Source: Chromera velia
Lineage: Eukaryota
Assembly: GCA_018398765.1 (NCBI GenBank)
Contig: JAHBMJ010000315.1
Span: forward strand, 1 to 50,682
Direction: 5' to 3'
Length of the DNA: 50,682 nt
In this document: piece by piece, positions 43,000 to 50,682 of the stretch
Position numbering within the stretch: the first letter of the stretch is position 1
Layout: the number at the start of each line of letters is the position of its first letter
Notes under the pieces: generated by a model
The model's database searches: none
The model's input: the letters and a program-made list of their open reading frames with translations, nothing else
Told to the model about the DNA's origin: nothing
Made by a program: the position numbers and the translations under genes

Positions 43000-43650
43000 A
43001 ACAACTCTTGAAGTATTTTGCGGAAGGCTGTTGCATTCCTTGCTTACCTGATCGCTGCACTCTCTGAGTCAAGTGTGCTATCAGCTGCCAAAATGTCAAA
43101 CCTCACGATCTTCGATGACGACATCCTTGGAGAGAATAATTTTTACGTACGCACCCAATTGGCTGAGACGGAACATCGTTACAAAGTGGTTGGATGAGAC
43201 TCCCATCAAGTTCCTCTCTGCATTCTTCCATTGCGGTATACGTAATGTGCACAGATTCATTAGGCATTGGAAAGATATTAATACAGGGTGTCCGGATTGG
43301 AAGGAGCGGGATCTAGGAGTGGGATGCTGAGAAGTGCAGAATTTTAATTGTCGGACTTCGAATTGGAACACGTGGTCCGGCCGTTCATAGAGGCCCATTC
43401 CAACTGCTCGGCAAGCACTTACGCCACCGTCTTTCGCCTGCAGTTCGGTGAGGACTTCAGAGATCATACTTTGCTGAATGGATTCCACAGGGTGCATAAG
43501 CTTCACCGGGTCTGCTGAACATATAATTTTCTGGGCTGAAGTTGTTTCTCGCTTGGGTCAGGTCACTAACAGATCAATAGAGAGATGTACAGCACAGCCA
43601 ACATGCAGGAGGAACGAGAGCGGGAGAGAAGACAAAGATTGGTTAACAAT
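43000..43650 (-). pseudogene. Decayed DDE transposase fragment (Kolobok / Mutator-like type, tentative)
   Basis: HVGCAVHLSIDLL..VESIQQSMISEVLTELQAK..VGMGLYERPDHVFQFEVRQLKFC..MGVSSNHF resembles the SMxxAxxE, GxxxxxxKVLDxEVxxKxC and GxSxxME segments of this family. Stops are present. Confidence 0.35.
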
Positions 43651-44512
43651 GTGGTTGAAGAAGGCGGATAAGGAGGAAAGAGACTGCACAAAAAAGGAAT
43701 AGATCGTTGAAAAATAGTGAAAAGGGACAAGCAAAGAAGCACCACAGGTGAAACAAGCCCCCCCGTCTTCTGTCTGTCTTTCTTTACTCCTTTAAGGTGA
43801 GTCCCCAGGGCGAAGGGACGGGCAGCTGGTAGCCTCTGCACAGCGCTGCTAACTACATCATAGAGAGCCTCGCGCCCATAGCCGCCAGCCATGAACTATT
43901 CTGGCTTGGAGAAGCCGCCACCGACGTGGTGGCGGATGTGAAGAGGAAAACCTGAGAGGAGGTCAACCCCCGCTACAAAAAGAATGTCAAAAGGTAAATA
44001 TGGTGCTAAATATCTGTGGCGGTCTCTTGATTTATCTCCTCTTTTCGATGACGTCTTGCAGTTTGCCTACCATCATCTCCCCTTCTTCTACCTTTTACGA
44101 TTTTTCTTTCTTCTGTCTAAAGAGCGTGATTCCTTGGAGTCCCTCTTCAGGCACGTGCCTGCATGCTTCTTTGATGCGTCCCCACACAAATTGTGCATCA
44201 GCTCTCCCCCCTCTCATCCGTCTGCATCCTAACGCTGCGTTTGATTGATTGCAGATATGAGCAAATCCACTCCCAGATCGGAAGATCTGCACGAAATTAT
44301 GTGCAGGAAGGAAGAGAAGACGGTGAAAGAGTTGCGTAAAGTAAGTGCATGCAAGCATTTTGCAGAGCGAATGACTAGCAAGTTGAACTGGTGCAGCCAT
44401 CCTTTCACTTTTTTCCGTGCAAAGAGCCGTCTCTCCTGTGACTCTACTTTCTGCTGCTGCATCCGTCTACCCAGGATTCGATTCAAATTCTTTTGCCTCG
44501 CTCTCTGCAGAT

Positions 44513-45045
44513 CCCCTGGGCATTGATTTGTACCGACTTTTTATTTACTGGTGCCTACAGCAATGAATATATCTGTCTGAATTCCTAGAGTTGCTAGCAA
44601 TGTCAACCTACCTATGCCTTTCCTTTCTACACTTCTGACGGGAGTCTCTACTTCCCATACGTACTCCGAAAGGCCTCTTCCTTATAGAAAAAAAGACCAA
44701 ACAAAGGGCCAAAAGCAAACCGCTGTTCTGTTCCCCCCTGCTCCCAAATAAAGCAACACATGAAAGAAAATGCCCGAAAAGGCCGCGTTTCTCTGATCTA
44801 ACCATCGAGATTCATTCAGAAAAATATGGAAACTACAGAACAACACAGCTTTCATTGAGTGATTCGCTTAAAATCTTCTCTCTGTGCTGTCTAAGAAGCA
44901 ATCTGAGGACTCAGAGTCTTCTTTCCATATGTATTCATGCATGCACTGTCTTCCCTGTCTCGCCATATGCGTAGACGTAGCGCTATGCCTGAACATGCAT
45001 ACCGGGACCACCTACAAAAAGTTGGTACAAATCAATGCCCGGGGG
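44513..45045. mobile_element. 533-bp MITE, copy 1 (CCCC...GGGG termini, ~30-bp TIR, AT target duplication)
   Basis: AT|CCCCTGGGCATTGATTTGTACCGACTTTT ... AAAAGTTGGTACAAATCAATGCCCGGGGG|AT. Confidence 0.85.
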
Positions 45046-45576
45046 ATCGGCACTAAAAGTCTTTAAACTCGATTTTTTCAAAATGACCCTTTTTTTCTTT
45101 AGACGTTCTGTACAAGAGAACGCGACCAATTGGCCACCCAGCTGGCGCAACAGGCAACTGACTTGGACTTATTCTTTCTTTCTTTCCCTTGTCTCCTTTC
45201 TCTTGCTTTCTGTTCTCACACAGCAGTCATTTTGGGATACCCCCCCGTTTTTCACTGACTTATGCATATCTAGTACTCTTTTCTAAAGTCTGTCGCCCTG
45301 GCTCCCCAGCACCCCTCCCCCTGGCATCTTTTTTATCTTTCATCCCTTTCACAAACCATACCCCTCACTTTGCCTCTCTCTCACCTTTTATGAATTCATA
45401 CACTCACATCATATTCACACACAAAAAAAGTGTACCTGGGCTCCCCCCAGCAGACCCAGTCCCTTCATGAAACACAGTCTGCAGGTGCATACAGACAGAA
45501 AGACAGAAAGAGAGATAACAAGACAGGGAAAAGGGTGTGAGAAAAGGAGACAAAGAACACTTACTTACACTCATGC

Positions 45577-45608
45577 TTACACACACACACACACACACAT
45601 ACACATAT

Positions 45609-45652
<44 letters not shown>

Positions 45653-45668
45653 ACACATACACACATAT

Positions 45669-45701
<33 letters not shown>

Positions 45702-45719
45702 TACACATACACATACACA

Positions 45720-45758
<39 letters not shown>

Positions 45759-45815
45759 ACATACACACACACACATACACATACACACACACACACACAT
45801 ACACACACCTACACA
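45577..45815. repeat. (CA)n microsatellite
   Basis: Read directly from the sequence. Confidence 0.9.
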
Positions 45816-45900
45816 TACTGCTGCCTACTGGAGGTCTCCAATTGGCGTCAAACACCTGTATTCAAGAAAAAAACAGGGATGAAGATGCAAAGGTGCCCAT

Positions 45901-46433
45901 CCCCTGGGCATTGATTTGTACTGGCTTTTTATTTACTGGTGCCTACAGCAATAAATATATCTGTCTGAATTCCTAGAATTGCTAGCAACATCAACCTACT
46001 TATGCCTGTCCTTTCTGTACTTCTGACGGGAGTCTCTACTTCTCACACGCACTCCGAAAGGCCTCTTCCTTATAGAGAAAAAGACCAAATAAAGGGCTAA
46101 AAGCAAACCGCTGTTCTGTTCCCCCTTCCTCCCAAATAAAGCAACACATGAAAGAAAATGCCCGAAAAGGCCGCGTTTCTCTGATCTAACCATCGAGATT
46201 CATTCAGAAAAATATGGAAACTACAGAACAACACAGCTTTCATTGAGTGATTCGCTTAAAATCTTCTCTCTGTACTGTCTAAGAAGCAATCTGAGGACTC
46301 AGAGTCTTCTTTCCGTATGTATTCATGCATGCACTGTCTTCCCTGTCTCACCATGTATGTAGACGGCGCTATATGCCTGAACATGCATACCGGGACCACC
46401 TACAAAAAGTTGGTATAAATCAATGCCCGGGGG
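45901..46433. mobile_element. 533-bp MITE, copy 2 (same family as 44513-45045)
   Basis: Same length, TIRs and AT flanks as copy 1. Similarity stops exactly at the AT dinucleotides. Confidence 0.85.
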
Positions 46434-47729
46434 ATGCGGATCACTGGCAGATGGTATTTTTTTTTTTGCCGTGGGCTGCCTTAGAGTCTCTATCTACGGC
46501 GTATTTGTTTTTGAAGAGTTCTTCAAATTTTTGTTCATCACGTTGAATCACTCCATGAGGGGCGTTGCAAGTGCAAGATCTGGCATATCTGGCATGGTAC
46601 GACATATTCAGGTGGCAAATCGTTATCGAAGAGAACTTTTGGTCAGTCTTTCTGTCTTTCAATCAAGCCCCTGTTCGCCTTCAGTCTTCATCTGTTGAAC
46701 TTTATTGCAGCCAGTTCTTCTCCCCTCATCCTTCTGGGCTTTCCCCCCCCTCTCTTGACTAGGTCAGCATGTCGTCATCTCTTTCTTACCTATTATTTTC
46801 TTCTCTTTTTGCGCTCTGAATGATTTCTGGAAGCTTTAAACTTTGTATTGGCTTCTTTCATCACAATGCGTCTGCTTGAACACTGCGGTAGTACTGTCTT
46901 TTCGAGAGAGGCCCCACCTCTTCCCGTAAGGACTGCCTGCACGCTTTCCAAAGTATCTTTGACAAGTTATTTTAAGCACACATTTGATTCATTTAAGCCA
47001 CTTCATTATTTTTTGTGTCATTTTTTGTAGATGCCTTAGCTAGATCTCCTGAAACTTCCTGAGCGTCCCCGGATGCCGACCCCACTAACAAACGTGAGCC
47101 AAAAAGCTGCTTCATTTTGTTTGCCCTCTAGCCAAGGTTCAGAGTGTCCCTAAGAACTTTCCGGCTTCCTCCTTCTTTTCTGCCATTTTCCTATGCTGGC
47201 AACAATGCTTCAAATCCATGCATAGACTACACCTGAATTTCTCCCTGCATGCTTTCATATGTCGCCCTCTCAGTTTACTTTCCTTTTTTTTTTCTGTTTC
47301 TGTTCATCTATCTATTGTTTCAACGACGGGCGACAATGCATCAAGAGAAGAAAAGGAGAAAAAAAAGAATAGTGTGTATAACAACAAAGGAAAGCCTGTC
47401 TCTGTCGCTTATGGGATAGATTATAGGTCTCTCAAAAAATCGTATTTTTTGTCTTGGAGGCTCATGTACACACTCTGTGTCTAACCAGCCCTCGGGTTTA
47501 AATTTGCCTTCCGCTTTTTGATTTGAGCACTGTCCGCCTCTATGACTACCCCTGTAATTGAACATGGCTGCAGACAGACCAACCCTTTCTGAAGTTCCCG
47601 ACTTTAGAAACGTCGGAGATGAATGAGTTCATGCAAGAAGAGTTCCCGAAACAGATCATTTCATTGGGGTTTAGCCTTTTCTTGCACTCTCTGTGAGACT
47701 TAGTGTGTAGCTAGCTTTCGGATGATACT

Positions 47730-48041
47730 CCTTTTTCCTTTTCTCTCTTTTGTTCTTTTCTTCTTTTTTCACCTTTCTTCTTTCCTTTTTTCCTTCTTCA
47801 TTTCCTGTTTTCTTCCCTCCTTCCTTCCTTGAAGTTCTTTCCTTCCTCCTTTTCTTTTTCTTTCCTTTCTTCCTTCCTTCCTTTCTTTCTTTCCTTCCTT
47901 CCTTCCCTCCCTCCCTCTTTTCTTCCTTCCTTCATTCCTTCCTTCTTTCTTTCCTTTCTTTCTTTCTTTCTTTCTTTCTTCCTTTGTTTCTTTCTTTCTT
48001 TTTTTCTTTCTTTCTTTCCTCCCTTCCATCCTTTCTTTCTC

Positions 48042-48072
<31 letters not shown>

Positions 48073-48093
48073 CTCTTTCTTTCTTTCTCTCCT
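47730..48093. repeat. (TTTC/TTCC)n microsatellite
   Basis: Read directly from the sequence. Confidence 0.9.
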
Positions 48094-49949
48094 CCGTGTC
48101 AGATGGGTGAGTGGTGGTTCACTGCATGATTGGTTCTTCGACTGACCTTGATCAGGGACAGTCACTCTCTCGGGTGCGAGTGTTCTCTACTTCATTCAAT
48201 CGATTGACTTTCAGTGAGTCTAGGTATACACACATTTGTTGACTGCACCACTCGACCTCCGACTCACGATCGATCTGCATACGTCTTTGCAGTGCCGCCA
48301 GGATGAGATTCAAGGCAGTCATGTTTTTTTTAGACTTGAATAGAGGGAAATGAAGGGGGGCACTCTTCAGGAAAATAGAGAAGAAGAGCGATAGGAAGAG
48401 CCGCTGACCATCTGATGAGCTCAATGATTGATACATTAATTGCACTGAGCTGTTCTCTCATGCTTTATATTAATTGCAAATATTTGAGTGGATCATCGTT
48501 TTTTTTGCACGACTACTGAACTCTGACTACAGACAAGAAGACGACCAAAAATTAAGACGATCAAGAAGAAGATGACTAAACCCAAAGGCCAAAAAGGGAA
48601 CAAGTGAGTCACCGCTGTTGTCCCCTCCCAGATGGTTCTTGTGCAAGGATCTTTTTGTTTTAAAGACAGTGTGAAACGATGAATTTGTTATAACCTGGCT
48701 GGAGTTTCTGGTTCTTCCTCTTTATATTTGTTTTGTTCTGTGAATACGGGTGAGTATGTGCCTAAATATATCTCAGCGTTTCCGTCTGGCTGTGGAACTT
48801 GTGCCTGATTGATTTGCGGTCCATCATTTGCGTGTCTGCTTCATGCAGGGCCAACAAGAAGGAGTGATTCCTCTACTAACCCTCTTCATTCTCTGTCGAT
48901 GACACGGTGTCTCTGAATGCACTGATGAAGTGCTCTCACGGCGTTAGAGGCACTAACACAGGAGGAGCGAGAGCAGGAGAGAACACAATCATTGGTTGAG
49001 GTTGAAGAATGATCAATGCTGTCGTATTTCCTTCTGTTAACATCCAGATCGACATGTGGAAGGCAACTAAGTTGAACTGACTTTATGAATCTCTTCATAA
49101 AAGCTTAGTAAGCATATATAGGTGTTATGTATAACAGTCATACCAAAAAGAGTAAAAACTTCATGCCAAAGAGGAGATAGGAAAAAATGGGAGATACCCC
49201 CAGAGATGTTAAGATGTCGTGGGATGTCAGTGAGTTCTTTGAATTCCTAGTTAAATTCTAGTTTATACAAATTATAGGTTTTAATTTTTTCGTTGATCTT
49301 TAACAGATTTATCTAGAGATGTATAGTACCACTAGTACTACTACTATTTAAAGTATATGTCAATGAGATACTAGACAACAGTTGTTTTAGACAAGAAAAA
49401 AAAAAAATCTCTGACAAACTGAGATATATATATTTTTTTTCTTCTGTGATACGCCCAGACAGATTTGATAATATCCTCTAGCTTAGAATATCCTCTGAGT
49501 CTCAGACCTTGCATTGTTTTTTTTTCTCTTCTTAGGTCCCTCCTTTCTTGCTCTGCTCATTTGGTCCACCAATGCAGCGTAATGGTAGTCTAAATAGTAG
49601 TACTCTATCATAAAGTTATTCAAGTTTTTCCCCTTATATACCTAAGTAATCTCAATAATCTTGAGTACACATACACTATCAGATTGTTTTTGATTGTATA
49701 GACAACGTTTATAAAGAGAGAACGTCACCATTTTTTTTGCCTGTGCGGCCCCTAGCTGTCCACTTTCTAACATGACTCTAGGTATCTACTATTATTTAAG
49801 GCACCTTGCGGTAATGAATGTTGTTGCATGATACCTGCGCGTTTGGATGCCTGACAGTTGCGGTACAATTGCACCGCTTTAGATTCTGTAAACTTAAATG
49901 ACCTCAAGGTTTCACCCATAATATTTTGTATGGAAACTTAAATTTGATT

Positions 49950-50682
49950 TCCTTCTACGGCCTTGATCACAAGGAACAGTCCAGGACCCCTCCTGGCGCG
50001 TCTTGTTCTCAGCCTTCCATCACTGAGATCGGATATTGTTCGAATGAGAGAGAAGCAACTGGAGAAGAGGAAGGGAAGGAAGCCGTCAAAGCAAGCCACA
50101 AAAGACAGCATGCGCCGCCATGTCGAGTCCCTTATCAAAGATGGGGCGCTCTCGAAAGCTGTCTCCCGCCTAGGCTCCCTGGGCATCGCAACGCCAACCA
50201 TGAAAACATACCACAAGCTGAAAGAACTTCACCCCCCTCGCAGGACCCGATATGAGACCAAGCCCCTTCCCGCAGACCCCCCCCAGCTAGAGCTCACACT
50301 AGACTCCCTCCTCCAAGCAGCTCGTTCAGCCGCCCATGGCTCTGCACAGGGCATCTCAGGGTGGCGCTACGAACACATCCGCTTCTTTCTCCCTGGTGAC
50401 GGGTCAGGGGGGGGGGCGGGATCGTGTGCCCTTCTCACGGTGGCGCAGTGCCTTGCAGCGGGCAATGCCCCTCCATCCCTCCTCCGCTTGCTAGCAAGCG
50501 GGAGGTCTTTTGCCCTTAACAAGGATACGAAAGGAGATAAAGTGAGACCAATCACCATCGGGGACGTGCTCCGAAGATGGGTGACCAAGGCCATCTTGAT
50601 TGAGTACGGGGAGAAGTTCGAGGAGCACCTCGGCGCTCTTCAGTATGCGGTCAGAACTAGCGCAGGGGCAGATAAAATTTTC
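49950..50682 (+). mobile_element. CRE/SLACS-like non-LTR retrotransposon, RT N-terminal part, apparently 5'-truncated, continues past the window
   Basis: An open frame absent from the ORF track (no stop before the window end) reads RHVESLIKDGALSKAVSRL..LKELHP..GSAQGISGWRYEHI..ALNKDTKGDKVRPITIGDVLRRWVTK..LQYAVRTSAGADKIF. These match RT domains 0-2 of CRE-clade elements. Confidence 0.8.

Noticed and set aside
46434..49100. Short coding-like minus-strand fragments (46441-46662, 47341-47565, 48886-49098); also 41506-41829
   Set aside because: Probably decayed element sequence, but I found no recognisable motif, including no TnpB/Fanzor RuvC or zinc-finger signature.

Overview
This is eukaryotic, intron-rich, microsatellite-laden DNA. 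My inference is an alveolate, most likely a chromerid such as Chromera, based on TGCATG enrichment, an apicomplexan-style RNA triphosphatase and GTCAG-type donors. I rebuilt six genes by hand with phase-consistent GT-AG exon chains: (1) a single-exon ubiquitin-like(GG)/ankyrin-like protein (3264-5027 +); (2) a 10-exon PRMT5-family arginine methyltransferase (6503-13136 -); (3) a 5-exon ASH/MSP-like Ig-fold protein (17879-20462 +); (4) a 2-exon CAP59/GT69 mannosyltransferase-like gene (24183-25861 -); (5) a 12-exon Cet1/Prt1-type mRNA 5'-triphosphatase (27462-33019 -); (6) COP9 signalosome subunit 1 (36812-39202 -). Intergenic DNA holds transposon material: TIR-bounded MITEs (one CACTG-ended element splits a decayed Helitron, and one element with AT target duplications occurs twice), a decayed DDE transposase, a decayed LINE RT, and a CRE-like retrotransposon RT running off the right end. 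The most notable signal is that the PRMT5 homolog is intact but carries Leu at the Phe (human F327) that enforces symmetric dimethylation, plus altered SAM-site motifs. All family assignments come from recalled motifs, not database searches. I see no prokaryote-type system such as CRISPR or an operon.
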